Position numbers and translations under genes: made by a program
In this document: piece after piece, positions 48,787-58,642 of the stretch
How the letters are laid out: each line of letters opens with the position of its first letter
How positions within the stretch are numbered: position 1 is the first letter of the stretch
The notes under the pieces: generated by a model
The model's input: the letters and a program-made list of their open reading frames with translations, nothing else
Databases searched by the model: none
What the model was told of the DNA's origin: nothing
Assembly: GCA_963704165.1 (NCBI GenBank)
Contig: CAVPHD010000001.1
Coordinates: 160,001 to 224,000 of the forward strand
DNA from: an uncultured delta proteobacterium
GTDB lineage: Bacteria > Myxococcota_A > UBA9160 > SZUA-336
Direction: 5' to 3'
DNA: 64,000 bases

Positions 48787-50256
48787 ATGATGCAGATCGT
48801 CGTCGTCGGGGGCTCGATCGCGGGCCTCGTGACCGCCCTCGCCTTGGCGCGTGATGGCCACCGAGTCGTGATCCTGGAGCAGGACACGACGCCACTTCCC
48901 GAGAGCCCGGACGAGGCCTTCCTGCGCTGGCGCCGTCAGGGTGCCCCGCAGGTACTGCACTCTCACGCCTTCCTGGCCCGGATGCACAACCTGATTCGGG
49001 ATCGCGAGCCGAAGCTGCTTCAGGAGCTGTTGCGCAACGGTGCCGAGGAGCTGACGTTCCGGGACCAGGCGCGCCAGTACTTCGAGGCCCCCGAGTTCGA
49101 ACCCGGCGACGACGATCTGGTCCTGCTCGCCTGCCGGCGCATCACCTTCGAGTGGGTGCTGCGCCGCTACACGCTCGCCACCGGGCTCGTCGAGTTCCGG
49201 GATGGCGTGCGGGTTACCGGGCTGGTCGCGGAGTCGCAGACCGGCGGACCGCCCGTCGTGCGCGGCGTGCGCATCGAGGGGGCCGGCGGGGCGTCGGAAG
49301 AGATCGCTGCGGATCTCGTCGTCGATGCGAGCGGACGCCGCACCAAGCTCGGCGACTGGCTGCGGGCGATCGGCGCTCCCGAACCGCGCGTGGTGTCCGA
49401 GCCCTGCGGGATCTTCTACAGCTCGCGCTTCTACCGTCTTCGAGCCGACGAGGCGCGGCCGATCGAGGACGCGATCATCGGTGCCGACTTCGGCTACCTG
49501 AAGTTCGGGATCTTCCCGGGCGACGCCGGCTGCTTCTCGATCACGCTGGCCGCGGCACCTGACGACGAGCCGATGCGCGCCGTCCTTCGGACCCCGGGCT
49601 TCCAGCGGGCCGCCGCGGCGATCCCCGCCGCACGGGAATGGCTTGCACGCTCAGAGCCGATCGGACGGGTTCACGGGATGACGAACCTGCGCAATACCCG
49701 ACGCTGGCTGGTCGAGAACGGCGAGCCGCTCGCACTCGGCCTGGTGGCGGTGGGCGATTCGCTCGTGCACGCCAACCCGATCACAGGTCGCGGCTGCACG
49801 CTGGCTTGGTGCACCGCCTACGCGCTGGCCGATGCCGTCCGGAAGCACCCCGACGATCCGCGAGCCGTAGCGCTCGAGCTGAACGATACGGTGGACCGGG
49901 AGTTCGCGCCCTGGCTCGCGTTGCAGATGCGCCAGGACGAGGACGCGGTGGCGGTCAACGAGGCGCTTCGCCGCGGCGAGGACCCCTGGCTCGTCGAGCG
50001 TCCCGACGGCTCGACGGACGAGCGGGCGTTGATACGGAACATCGTGCGCCACGGGCTCCTCCCCGCCGTGCGGGAGGATCTCGGAGTGATGCGCGCCCTC
50101 ATGCGCGTCGCCCACATGCTCGCGCCGCCGGAAAATCTCTTCGAGCGGCCCGAGATCCGCGAGCGTTCCTTCGCCGCGTACCAACGGCGCCACGAGCGGG
50201 AGCCGCTCATCGTCGGCCCGTCACGGGCCGATATGATCGAGTTGCTCGTCGCCTGA
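48787..50256 (+). CDS. FAD-dependent oxidoreductase/monooxygenase
   Basis: VVVGGSIAGL, LVVDASGR, VGDS..HANP..GRG. Confidence 0.85.
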   Translation: MMQIVVVGGSIAGLVTALALARDGHRVVILEQDTTPLPESPDEAFLRWRRQGAPQVLHSHAFLARMHNLIRDREPKLLQELLRNGAEELTFRDQARQYFEAPEFEPGDDDLVLLACRRITFEWVLRRYTLATGLVEFRDGVRVTGLVAESQTGGPPVVRGVRIEGAGGASEEIAADLVVDASGRRTKLGDWLRAIGAPEPRVVSEPCGIFYSSRFYRLRADEARPIEDAIIGADFGYLKFGIFPGDAGCFSITLAAAPDDEPMRAVLRTPGFQRAAAAIPAAREWLARSEPIGRVHGMTNLRNTRRWLVENGEPLALGLVAVGDSLVHANPITGRGCTLAWCTAYALADAVRKHPDDPRAVALELNDTVDREFAPWLALQMRQDEDAVAVNEALRRGEDPWLVERPDGSTDERALIRNIVRHGLLPAVREDLGVMRALMRVAHMLAPPENLFERPEIRERSFAAYQRRHEREPLIVGPSRADMIELLVA

Positions 50257-50379
50257 CCCGGACTTCAGATCGGCCCCGAACACGCTGCAAGGCGCGGCAG
50301 ACCGGGATATGATCATTGTCATGTCGGAGCGGCGCGCAGCGCCATATCGTGCCTGCATCGGTCGAGCTCGGAGAATTGG

Positions 50380-50625
50380 ATGAGTCGAACGAAGTTTTCC
50401 ATCGACGATGAGCTTTGCATCGGCTGTCGGCTCTGCGAGGAGCGGGCACCCGAGAACATGGAAGTTCCCCCGGGAACCTCCGCGGCGCAGGTGGTGAAGC
50501 AGCCCGAATCCGAACAGGAAGAAGAGGCCTGCCTCGAGGCCGCCGAGTACTGCCCGACCGGGGGGATCGCCAGCTCGAAGTCGGCGCCTGCAGCGTCGGA
50601 CGCGATCGAAGCCCGCGCCTCGTGA
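50380..50625 (+). CDS. Single-cluster Fe-S ferredoxin
   Basis: CIGCRLC...CPTGGI, acidic composition. Confidence 0.9.
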   Translation: MSRTKFSIDDELCIGCRLCEERAPENMEVPPGTSAAQVVKQPESEQEEEACLEAAEYCPTGGIASSKSAPAASDAIEARAS

Positions 50626-50626
50626 T

Positions 50627-51487
50627 CTAGGCAGTCACCCGCCGGATATCGCGGTTCCTGCCGATCCGCCAGCGCTCGAGACCCGCGGGTTGATAGGCGA
50701 TCACGAACACGCGGCGGTTGCTCTGGCTGTGATTCGACCGGGAGCCGTGCACGAGGTCGCGGTGGAACCAGACGACGGAGCCCGCGGGAAGCTCGGTCGG
50801 CACGGGCTCACCCTCGACTTGCGCGACGTCGGTGTAGAGCGCACCGAGCGCGCCTCGGCCGGTGAGCGCAGGGAGCGTCCCGCGCGTGTGACTGCCGGGA
50901 ATCACCCAGAGGCATCCGTTCTCCTTGGTCGCCTCGTCCAGGTAGATCAGCACGCTGACGATCCGATCCAGCTGCTGTGCACCGTGCGCCCAGTAGGGGC
51001 CTTCCTGGTGCCAGGGGAATGGCGCTCCGCCGGGGCGCTTCACGTTGAGCTTGTCGCTGAACAGGCTCAGCGCGTCGGAGCCGATGATCTTCGTCACGGG
51101 CTGCCACATGCGCGCGTCGTCGATCAACGCGTCGAAGCGCGCGTCGAGATGGTGGGCCGGCTCCATCGAGCGAACCGCGCGAAGTGCGGGCGACCACTCC
51201 CATTTGATCGTGGAGCCGCACACGCTCTGATACTTCTGGTTGTCCACCACGTCGGTGGGGCCGCCCTCGCCCTTCTCCGCGGTCTCAAGCACCCGTTGGT
51301 GAGCGTTCTCGGCGGCCTCGCGAAGCTCTACGAGATCCCGCTCGGAGAGAACCCGTTCACGGCAGAAGAAACCCCTGCTCTCGTACTGCTCCAGCTCCGA
51401 TTGCGTCGCGTCGTACACCGGCTTCGAACTCCTCTGCGCCACGGCCCCGAACGAGTCGGGGCTCGGGCGCGGTATGTTCGTCGGCAC
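50627..51487 (-). CDS. Phytanoyl-CoA dioxygenase (PhyH)-family Fe(II)/2OG oxygenase
   Basis: WHQE (HxD/E), LDEATKENGCLWVIPGSH, HGSRSNHS..RR. Start uncertain. Confidence 0.85.
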   Translation of the reverse strand: MPTNIPRPSPDSFGAVAQRSSKPVYDATQSELEQYESRGFFCRERVLSERDLVELREAAENAHQRVLETAEKGEGGPTDVVDNQKYQSVCGSTIKWEWSPALRAVRSMEPAHHLDARFDALIDDARMWQPVTKIIGSDALSLFSDKLNVKRPGGAPFPWHQEGPYWAHGAQQLDRIVSVLIYLDEATKENGCLWVIPGSHTRGTLPALTGRGALGALYTDVAQVEGEPVPTELPAGSVVWFHRDLVHGSRSNHSQSNRRVFVIAYQPAGLERWRIGRNRDIRRVTA

Positions 51488-51529
51488 TCCGACGCACGGG
51501 TATGACCGAAGTCATCTACGCGCCGAGGA

Positions 51530-52501
51530 TCAGGCGAGCAGACCCATCTCGACGTAGCCTGGCGCCGTGCGCTCGGTGATCAGGCCGAGGCGCTTGAGCT
51601 GCGGAACCACGTACTCGCGGAACGGGTTCGGCTGCGCGGCGCGGAACGCGGGATCCGAGAACTTCTCGGTGAGCTCGGCCAGCGCGACTTCCCGATCGAT
51701 TCCGACCTCGCCGAAGATCTCGAAGAGCGGTCCGCCGTTCTGGGCCTGAGCCGCCGGGTCGGCCAGGAGCCGAACACCCGCGAGCGCGAAGTCCTCGACG
51801 GCGTTCCGGTCCGGCTCCGACATGCGCGGCAGCTCTTCCTTCATGTAGATCAGGCCGAACGAAACGTGGCGGGCTTCGTCCTGCGCGGTGAGGTCCACGA
51901 CGCGGGCGAGCACTTCGTCCTGCGTCGAGGCCTTCATCATGCGGAAGCTACCCATCGCGAGGCTCTCCGCGATCACCTGCATGCCGACGCACTTCATCTG
52001 CCACATCTCGGCCGTGAGCACCGCGTTCAGCAACGCCTTCAGCGACGGCATGATCGGGTAGACCCGATCGAGACGCTTGATGTACCGGTGGAAGACCTCG
52101 ACGTGGCGCGCTTCGTCGATCACCTGCGTGGCGGCGTAGAGCTTGCCGTCCATGTCGGGCACGGCATCCACCAGCTGCCCGCAGCACAGGAGCGCCCCCT
52201 GCTCGCCGTGCAGCATCTGGGACATCGTCCAGGCCGACCTGCGCTTCGAGAGCTCGACGCGCTTGTCGTCGGGGAGGGCCTTGATGAAGTTGAAATCGCG
52301 CAGCGGATCCCCGCCCGGTCCCGCGACCTCACCGACCTTCGCCGGGTCGGTCTCGAGCTCCCAGGGAATGTCCGTCGCCGCGTTCCACTGCTCGCGCTTC
52401 GCCACCTCGTACAGGTCGCGGAGCGTCTTCACGTTGGCTTCGTAGTCGAAGCGCCAAAGCGTCTTGATGGGGGTGATGATCTGCTCGAGCGTCGTGGTCA
52501 T
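51530..52501 (-). CDS. Ferritin-like diiron protein (AurF/para-aminobenzoate N-oxygenase-like)
   Basis: LYEVAKREQWNA..DIPW, HGEQGAL, DEARHVE, E-SLAM, DEARHVSFG (two ExxH motifs). Confidence 0.82.
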   Translation of the reverse strand: MTTTLEQIITPIKTLWRFDYEANVKTLRDLYEVAKREQWNAATDIPWELETDPAKVGEVAGPGGDPLRDFNFIKALPDDKRVELSKRRSAWTMSQMLHGEQGALLCCGQLVDAVPDMDGKLYAATQVIDEARHVEVFHRYIKRLDRVYPIMPSLKALLNAVLTAEMWQMKCVGMQVIAESLAMGSFRMMKASTQDEVLARVVDLTAQDEARHVSFGLIYMKEELPRMSEPDRNAVEDFALAGVRLLADPAAQAQNGGPLFEIFGEVGIDREVALAELTEKFSDPAFRAAQPNPFREYVVPQLKRLGLITERTAPGYVEMGLLA

Positions 52502-52536
52502 GGCTGCCTCTCCCTGTGCTCTCCTGGAGCGATTGG

Positions 52537-52568
52537 TGGATACTATTCCATGCTTTGTGTAGTGTCCA
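52537..52568. promoter_or_regulatory. Candidate TetR operator in a divergent promoter
   Basis: Inverted repeat TGGATACTA-N14-TAGTGTCCA (8/9 match) with a nested TGGA-N6-TCCA, in an AT-richer 74-nt gap. Confidence 0.5.
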
Positions 52569-52575
52569 TTCTTGG

Positions 52576-53208
52576 ATGGAGCCCATAGCCAAAGACGAGG
52601 CACCGGCGGCCGAGGGGCGTCGCGACCGGCGCAAACGAGAGGTCCGCGGTCGCGTCTACCGGGCGGCGCAGGATCTGTTCCTCGAACAGGGCTTCGATCA
52701 AACGACCGTGGCGCAGATCGCCGAGGCCGCCGACGTCGTCCCGCAGACCCTGTTCAATCACTTCCAGAGCAAACAGGCGCTGCTCGGTGAGATCACGAGC
52801 GGTGTCGTGGACTACCTGCAGGGAATGCTGGAGGAGCACTTTCGAAGTCCGGCCCCGACCCGGGAGCGGTTGGCCGGATTCGCGACGGCCGCCGCTCGGC
52901 AGATCGCGCAGACCCGCGGGGTGGCTCGGGACGTTCTGCTGGAATTGATTCGCACGGAGTGCGAGCCCGGTGATTCTCCTCCCTATCTGCAGCGGGTTCA
53001 CGAGCCGTTCGTCGAGATGTTGCGCGAGGGTCAGCAACGCGGAGAAGTGCGACCGGAGCCGGACCCCTCATTTCTGGCCGAGATGGTCGTCGGCGTGATG
53101 AACGCGGCGCTGATGCGCTGGCTCGCGGACGCGAGCTACCCGATCGACGAGCGCCTGCCCGAAGCCGCGGAGTTCGCCTGGGAGGCGGTTCGGCAACGCT
53201 CCTCGTAG
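52576..53208 (+). CDS. TetR/AcrR-family regulator
   Basis: AAQDLFLEQGFDQTTVAQIAEAADV...TLFNHFQSKQAL. Confidence 0.92.
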   Translation: MEPIAKDEAPAAEGRRDRRKREVRGRVYRAAQDLFLEQGFDQTTVAQIAEAADVVPQTLFNHFQSKQALLGEITSGVVDYLQGMLEEHFRSPAPTRERLAGFATAAARQIAQTRGVARDVLLELIRTECEPGDSPPYLQRVHEPFVEMLREGQQRGEVRPEPDPSFLAEMVVGVMNAALMRWLADASYPIDERLPEAAEFAWEAVRQRSS

Positions 53209-53816
53209 CTCGGGTCGGTCTCGCGCTTCTGCTCCTCGTCGCTGCCGAGGCGCAGACGGGCCGCGTGGTCGGCGTGGTCGATGGCGACACGCTCGTCGTG
53301 CAGATAAAGGACGGTTCGCGACTGACGCTCCGCCTGCACGGCATCGACGCGCCCGAGCGCGACCAGCCCCATTCCGACGAAGCGCTGCGCACCTTGAACG
53401 AGCTCGTCGGGGGCAGGACCGTCCGGTTCGAGGTGATCGACATCGATCGCTACGGGCGCACGGTCGCGCGCGTTCACGTCGGCGACACCGACGCGAACGC
53501 CGAGCTCGTGCGGCGCGGCGCGGCCTGGGTCTATCGCCGGTACAGCGACGACCCCGTCCTGCTCGCGTCGGAACGCGAGGCACGTGCGGAGAAGCGCGGG
53601 CTCTGGGCACGGCCCGCATCGGAGCGCGTTCCGCCGTGGGACTGGCGACGAGGGGATCGAACGCCGAAGGCAGTGCCGGAGGCCAGCTGCGGACGGAAGT
53701 CCCTCTGCCGCGAGATGTCGAGCTGCTCCGAAGCGCGTTTTCATCTCGAGACCTGCGGATTGAAGCGGCTCGACGGCGACGGTGACGGCATTCCCTGCGA
53801 GAGCCTCTGCAACTAG
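53205..53816 (+). CDS. Thermonuclease (SNase) with C-terminal Excalibur Ca-binding domain
   Basis: VVDGDT, RLHGIDAPE, DRYGR, ARAEKRGLW, then CREMSSCSEA...LDGDGDGIPCE. First canonical start is 53265, but a hydrophobic leader is in frame from 53205. Confidence 0.88.
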   Translation, partial: VARVGLALLLLVAAEAQTGRVVGVVDGDTLVVQIKDGSRLTLRLHGIDAPERDQPHSDEALRTLNELVGGRTVRFEVIDIDRYGRTVARVHVGDTDANAELVRRGAAWVYRRYSDDPVLLASEREARAEKRGLWARPASERVPPWDWRRGDRTPKAVPEASCGRKSLCREMSSCSEARFHLETCGLKRLDGDGDGIPCESLCN

Positions 53817-53907
53817 AGGAACTCGGTTCGTGCACCCCGGGCCGATTTGGTTCGGACGGCCCACGCGTCGTATCGTGTGGGCGCCGGCTCGAGGAGGGAG
53901 TGAAGAC

Positions 53908-54111
53908 GTGAACCGTTCGCCGAGGTGGATTGCGCTCGCGCCGATCGCTGCCGTCCTCTGGCTCGGTGCGGCCTGCGCGTCGAACGCGCCGGTCGATCTG
54001 CCCAACGAGACGCTCGTGGTCAACATGAATGCGAAGATCGACGATGCGACCCGCGCGAAGGTCGAAGCGGATCTCGACGCGCTCTTCGAGAGCGAGAAGG
54101 AGATCTTCTGA
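53908..54111 (+). CDS. YnbE-family lipoprotein
   Basis: Lipobox GAAC, VVNMNAKID...KVEADLDALF....IF. Coupled to ydbL. Confidence 0.8.
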   Translation: MNRSPRWIALAPIAAVLWLGAACASNAPVDLPNETLVVNMNAKIDDATRAKVEADLDALFESEKEIF

Positions 54112-54455
54112 TGGCCGCCCGATTCGCGGTGACGGCGATCGTTCTCGCTCTCGTGATCGGGTTCGCGTCGTCCGCTTCGTCCGTCGGCATCGATCTCACT
54201 CGCGCGAAGGGCCAGGGGCTCATCGGGGAGAAGGCCGATGGCTACGTCGCGATCGTCGTCGAGCAGACGAACTCCCTGATCCAGGCGATCGTCCGGAGAA
54301 CCAACGCGAAGCGCCGGGCAGCGTACGAGGAGATCGCTCGACGACACGGTGCGAGCGTCGACGCCGTTGCGGTGCTCGCGGGCGCGAAGCTGACCGAACG
54401 CGCGGGTCGGGGTCAGTGGGTGACGGACACGGACGGAGTCTGGCGCAGAAAGTGA
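54111..54455 (+). CDS. YdbL-family (DUF1318) protein
   Basis: Signal peptide. AKGQGLIGEKADGY, NAKRRAAYEEIA, GQWV...G.W. Confidence 0.85.
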   Translation: MAARFAVTAIVLALVIGFASSASSVGIDLTRAKGQGLIGEKADGYVAIVVEQTNSLIQAIVRRTNAKRRAAYEEIARRHGASVDAVAVLAGAKLTERAGRGQWVTDTDGVWRRK

Positions 54456-54499
54456 GTCCGAGCGGCGTTGTAGGATCGACGCCGACGCAGAGGTGCTCC

Positions 54500-55663
54500 A
54501 TGGGTTCAGGGATCCGGGCCGAGGGCGAGAACGCCGCGCGCTACGCGCGGGTACGCGAGGTCTTCGAGAGGAGCCTCGAGTCGGGTGAGGTCGGCGCGGC
54601 CCTGGCCGTGACCGTCGATGGCGAGCCGGTCGTCGATCTCTGGGGCGGCCATCGCGACGCTGCGCGGACGCTGCCCTGGCAGCGAGACACGATCGTGAAC
54701 GTCTACTCGACGACGAAGGGCATGACGGCGATCTGCGCGAATCGACTGGCCGAGCAGGGCCGTCTCGATCTCGACGCGCCCGTCGCGCAGTACTGGCCGG
54801 AGTTCGCGCAGGCGGGGAAATCGGAGATCCCGGTGCGCTGGTTGCTCTCGCACCGCGCGGGTCTGGCCGCGCTTCGCGCGCAGGTGCCACCGGACGCGCG
54901 CTACGACTGGAAGTTCATGACCGAGGCGCTCGCCGCGGAAACACCCTGGTGGGAGCCCGGCACGAAGCACGGCTATCACGCGCTGACCTTCGGCTACCTC
55001 GTCGGCGAGATCGTGCGCCGTGTCGACGGCCGCACGCTCGGCGCGTACTTCCGCGACGAACTCGCTTCGCCGCTCGGTCTGGACTTCTGGATCGGATTCG
55101 GTCCCGAGCTCGACGGGCGAGTGGCCGACATGATCCCCGCGTCTCCGTCACCGCCCGGTGTTCCAAACCCGTTCGCCGCGGCGACTCGAAATCCCGAGTC
55201 CCTCGTCGGTCGGGTCTTCGGGAATCCCGTCGTCGAGACGGGCGCGGTCAACTCACGCGCCTGGCGCGCGGCGGAGATCCCCGCGGCCAATGGCCACGGG
55301 ACGGCGCGCGGGCTCGCGCGGATCTACGGGGCGCTCGCGCGCGACGGCGAGCTCGACGGCATGTCCGTGCTCTCGCCCGCGCAGATCGCGCTCGCGAACA
55401 CGGAGCAGAGCTTCGGCCCCGACGAGGTGCTCTCGCCGCTCCACACGCGCTTCGGACTCGGCTTCTTCATGACCCAGAAGATGATCCCGTTCGGGCCGAA
55501 CGAGCGCTCCTTCGGCCATCCCGGCGCGGGCGGCTCGATCGCCTTCGCCGATCCGGACGCACGGCTCGGACTCGCCTACGTGATGAACGGGATGCAGGCG
55601 GGTCTGGCCGGCGACGCGCGCGGCTTCCGCTTGATCGCAGAGGTCTACGAGGCGCTGAAGTGA
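54500..55663 (+). CDS. Serine hydrolase, beta-lactamase/EstA family
   Basis: VVDLWGG, SxxK (STTK), YWPEF, LLSHRAG, YHA, FGHPGAGG. Confidence 0.92.
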   Translation: MGSGIRAEGENAARYARVREVFERSLESGEVGAALAVTVDGEPVVDLWGGHRDAARTLPWQRDTIVNVYSTTKGMTAICANRLAEQGRLDLDAPVAQYWPEFAQAGKSEIPVRWLLSHRAGLAALRAQVPPDARYDWKFMTEALAAETPWWEPGTKHGYHALTFGYLVGEIVRRVDGRTLGAYFRDELASPLGLDFWIGFGPELDGRVADMIPASPSPPGVPNPFAAATRNPESLVGRVFGNPVVETGAVNSRAWRAAEIPAANGHGTARGLARIYGALARDGELDGMSVLSPAQIALANTEQSFGPDEVLSPLHTRFGLGFFMTQKMIPFGPNERSFGHPGAGGSIAFADPDARLGLAYVMNGMQAGLAGDARGFRLIAEVYEALK

Positions 55664-55669
55664 ACACCG

Positions 55670-56854
55670 ATGTGTGACACACTCGCGATCGTCACGAGCG
55701 ACGGAGTTCTGTTCGCGAAGAACTCCGACCGCGACGCGAACGAAGCCCAGTTTCTCGACTGGCAGCCGCGTGCGGAGTTCGCGCCCGGCACGAACGTGCG
55801 CTGCACCTGGCTCGAGATCCCACAGGTACCGCAAACGCATGCGGTTCTGCTATCGCGGCCGTACTGGATGTGGGGCGCGGAGATCGGCGCGAACGAGCAC
55901 GGCGTCACGATCGGAAACGAGGCGGTCTTCACGCGCGAGCCCTACGCCGCGACCGGGCTGACCGGCATGGACCTGCTCCGGCTCGCGCTCGAGCGCGCGC
56001 GCACGGCCGACGAGGCCGTCGAGGTCATCGTGACGCTGCTCGAGCGGCACGGACAGGGGGGCGGCTGTGGCTACGAGAACCGCAGCTTCACCTACCACAA
56101 CAGCTTTCTCGTCGCGGACCCCCGCTGTGCGATCGTACTCGAGACCGCGGGGCGACATACCGCGACCGAGCGCGTCTCGGGAGCGCGCTCGATCTCGAAC
56201 GTGCTCACGATTCCGGCCTTCGCGCGAGCGCATTCAGACCGGATCAAGACGGGTGTCGCCGCGGGTCGTCCGCGACGCGCGCGCACGACCGAGCTCGCTT
56301 CGCACGCGAAATCGCCGTCCGACCTGATGGCCATCCTGCGAGACCACGGAGACGGCCGACGCTGGCCGGTGTACGCGCGCGCCAATGGCGCCATGCGCGC
56401 GCCGTGCGTGCACGCGGGCGGGCTCGTCGCCGCCTCGCAGACCACGGCTTCCTGGGTCGCCGACCTCCGGACGGGCGATTCCCGGCACTGGGCGACCGCG
56501 ACCGCGGCTCCGTGCCTCTCGGTCTTCAAGCCGGTTCGGGTGCTCGAGCCGCTCTCGCTGGGACCCGCGCCGTCCGACCGCTACGACCCCGCGAGCCTCT
56601 GGTGGCGGCACGAACGTCTGCATCGCTTTCTGATCGCGGACCCGACGCGACTCGCCGAGGACTACGTGGTCGAGCGCGATGCCCTCGAGGCGGAGCTCGA
56701 CGCCGCACACGCGGGCCCGGCCGAATCCTTCGAGCGCGCCGAATCCCTGCTCGGTGTCTGGCTCGAGCGGATCCGCACGCAATCGCGGGCGGATCGACGC
56801 CCGACGATCGCTCGCGCGTACTGGCGCAAGCGCGACGCCCGCGTCGGTCTCTGA
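55670..56854 (+). CDS. C69-family dipeptidase / secernin-like Ntn hydrolase
   Basis: N-terminal MCDT nucleophile, KNSDR..NEAQ, WGAEIGANEHGV.IGNEAV, GMDLLRLALER. Confidence 0.9.
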   Translation: MCDTLAIVTSDGVLFAKNSDRDANEAQFLDWQPRAEFAPGTNVRCTWLEIPQVPQTHAVLLSRPYWMWGAEIGANEHGVTIGNEAVFTREPYAATGLTGMDLLRLALERARTADEAVEVIVTLLERHGQGGGCGYENRSFTYHNSFLVADPRCAIVLETAGRHTATERVSGARSISNVLTIPAFARAHSDRIKTGVAAGRPRRARTTELASHAKSPSDLMAILRDHGDGRRWPVYARANGAMRAPCVHAGGLVAASQTTASWVADLRTGDSRHWATATAAPCLSVFKPVRVLEPLSLGPAPSDRYDPASLWWRHERLHRFLIADPTRLAEDYVVERDALEAELDAAHAGPAESFERAESLLGVWLERIRTQSRADRRPTIARAYWRKRDARVGL

Positions 56855-56891
56855 CGCGGCACACGACGACTTCGTCCTGTACGATGGCGGC

Positions 56892-57977
56892 ATGCCGCAA
56901 CGACAGGAACAGGAAGGCGCGAAGACGGAAGTGACCGAAGTCGCGCCGAACATCCTGCGCATGCAGCTTCCGATCTCGATGCCGGGCCTGGGTCACGTCA
57001 ACTGCTACGCGCTGATCGACGACGAGGGCGCGGCCCTCGTCGATCCAGGCTTGCCGGGATCTTCGACCTGGAAGGCGCTTCAGGATCGCCTGAAGCAGGC
57101 GGGGCTTCAGACGAAGCACGTGCACACGATCGTGGTCACTCACTCACACCCCGATCACTTCGGCGGCGCGGCTCGCTTCGTCAAGGAGTCCGGCGCGAAA
57201 GTGATCGCGCACCGGAACTTCCGCTTCGGTCTGCCGCAGGACAAACCCGAGGTTTCCGTCGAGGACCTCGAGGCCCAACCAACCGTCGAGGGGGACGCAG
57301 CGAGGGCCGAGCCCGAGACGGAGTCGGCGAAGGCGCGCTGGGGCAGCTGGAGCGGATCCACGCCCTGGGGCGGGGAGCGACCCCGGCCGTCGTTCACTCA
57401 CCGCGTGCGCTGGAGAATGATGCGCATGGCCGGCGGCAGCTTCGTTCCCGAGGTCTCCGATCCGGTGGAGCACGGCAACTTCCTTCGGCTCGCCAATCGC
57501 GACTGGTTCATCCTGCACACGCCGGGTCATACGGAAGATCACATCTGCCTGCACGATCCCGAGCACGGGGTCTTCCTCGGCGGCGACCACGTTCTGCCGA
57601 CCATCACACCGCACATTTCCGGGATCTCGTCGTCACGCGACCCGCTCGCGTCGTTCTTCTACTCGCTCGACCGCGTCGCGGAGATCTCGGGCATCAAGCA
57701 GGCACTGCCCGCGCACGGACACCCGTTCACCGACCTGCGCGCGCGCACCGAGGCGATCAAGCGCCACCACTTCGAACGACTCGACAAGATCCTCGAGATC
57801 TCGCGCGAGCTCGGGCCCGCCACCGTCGCGGAGATCTCCCAGAAGCTCTTCCGCGAGCGCAGCTGGGGCTCGATGGCCGAGAGCGAGACCTATGCCCACC
57901 TCGAGCACCTGCGCATCGCCGGTCGCGGCGAGAGCCGTCGCGGCAAGGACGAGAAGCTCGTCTACACGCTCGGCTAA
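56892..57977 (+). CDS. MBL-fold metallo-hydrolase
   Basis: HVNCY, VDPG, THSHPDHFG, TPGHTEDH, GDHVLP.ITP, PAHG. Confidence 0.9.
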   Translation: MPQRQEQEGAKTEVTEVAPNILRMQLPISMPGLGHVNCYALIDDEGAALVDPGLPGSSTWKALQDRLKQAGLQTKHVHTIVVTHSHPDHFGGAARFVKESGAKVIAHRNFRFGLPQDKPEVSVEDLEAQPTVEGDAARAEPETESAKARWGSWSGSTPWGGERPRPSFTHRVRWRMMRMAGGSFVPEVSDPVEHGNFLRLANRDWFILHTPGHTEDHICLHDPEHGVFLGGDHVLPTITPHISGISSSRDPLASFFYSLDRVAEISGIKQALPAHGHPFTDLRARTEAIKRHHFERLDKILEISRELGPATVAEISQKLFRERSWGSMAESETYAHLEHLRIAGRGESRRGKDEKLVYTLG

Positions 57978-57982
57978 CGGCC

Positions 57983-58636
57983 ATGCGCGCGATTCTCTGG
58001 GACAACGACGGTGTCCTCGTCGATACCGAGGACCTGTACTACCTGGCCACGCGTGAGCTGCTCGCGGAGCTCGACGTCGAGCTTTCGGTAGCCGACTTCG
58101 TCGGCGTGTCCCTGCGCGAGGGCCGGAGCTGCTTCGACCTGGCCCTCGAGCGCGGCGTCGCGGCGGATCGCGTCGAGAATGCGCGCATCCGGCGCAACTG
58201 CCGCTACGAGGAGCTCCTGCGCCGCGGTGTCGATCCGATCGATGGCATCGCCGAGACCCTGCACGCGCTGCGCGGATCGGTGCGCATGGCCATCGTCACG
58301 AGCACGCGTCCGGAGCACTTCGCGCTCGTGCACGAGCGCGCCGGCATCCGCCACCACTTCGAGCTCGTGCTCACCGGCGCGGACTACACGCGCTTCAAGC
58401 CGGACCCCGAGCCCTACCTGCTGGCCGCGGATCGCCTCGGTCTCCGGCCGGCCGACTGTCTGGTGGTCGAGGATTCCGAACGCGGGCTCGTCTCGGCGAC
58501 GCGCGCCGGAATGCGCTGCATCGTCATTCCGCGCGGTCTGTCGCTCGGCGGAGATTACTCGAAGGCGTACCGGGTTCTGAGCAGCGCCAGCGAGCTCGTT
58601 CCGATCGTGCGCGAGCTCGGCGCGGTCTCTCGCTGA
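57983..58636 (+). CDS. HAD-family phosphatase (subfamily IA)
   Basis: WDNDGVLVD (DxD), VTS, KPDPEPY, VEDS..G..A..AG. Confidence 0.9.
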   Translation: MRAILWDNDGVLVDTEDLYYLATRELLAELDVELSVADFVGVSLREGRSCFDLALERGVAADRVENARIRRNCRYEELLRRGVDPIDGIAETLHALRGSVRMAIVTSTRPEHFALVHERAGIRHHFELVLTGADYTRFKPDPEPYLLAADRLGLRPADCLVVEDSERGLVSATRAGMRCIVIPRGLSLGGDYSKAYRVLSSASELVPIVRELGAVSR

Positions 58637-58642
58637 CGGAGG

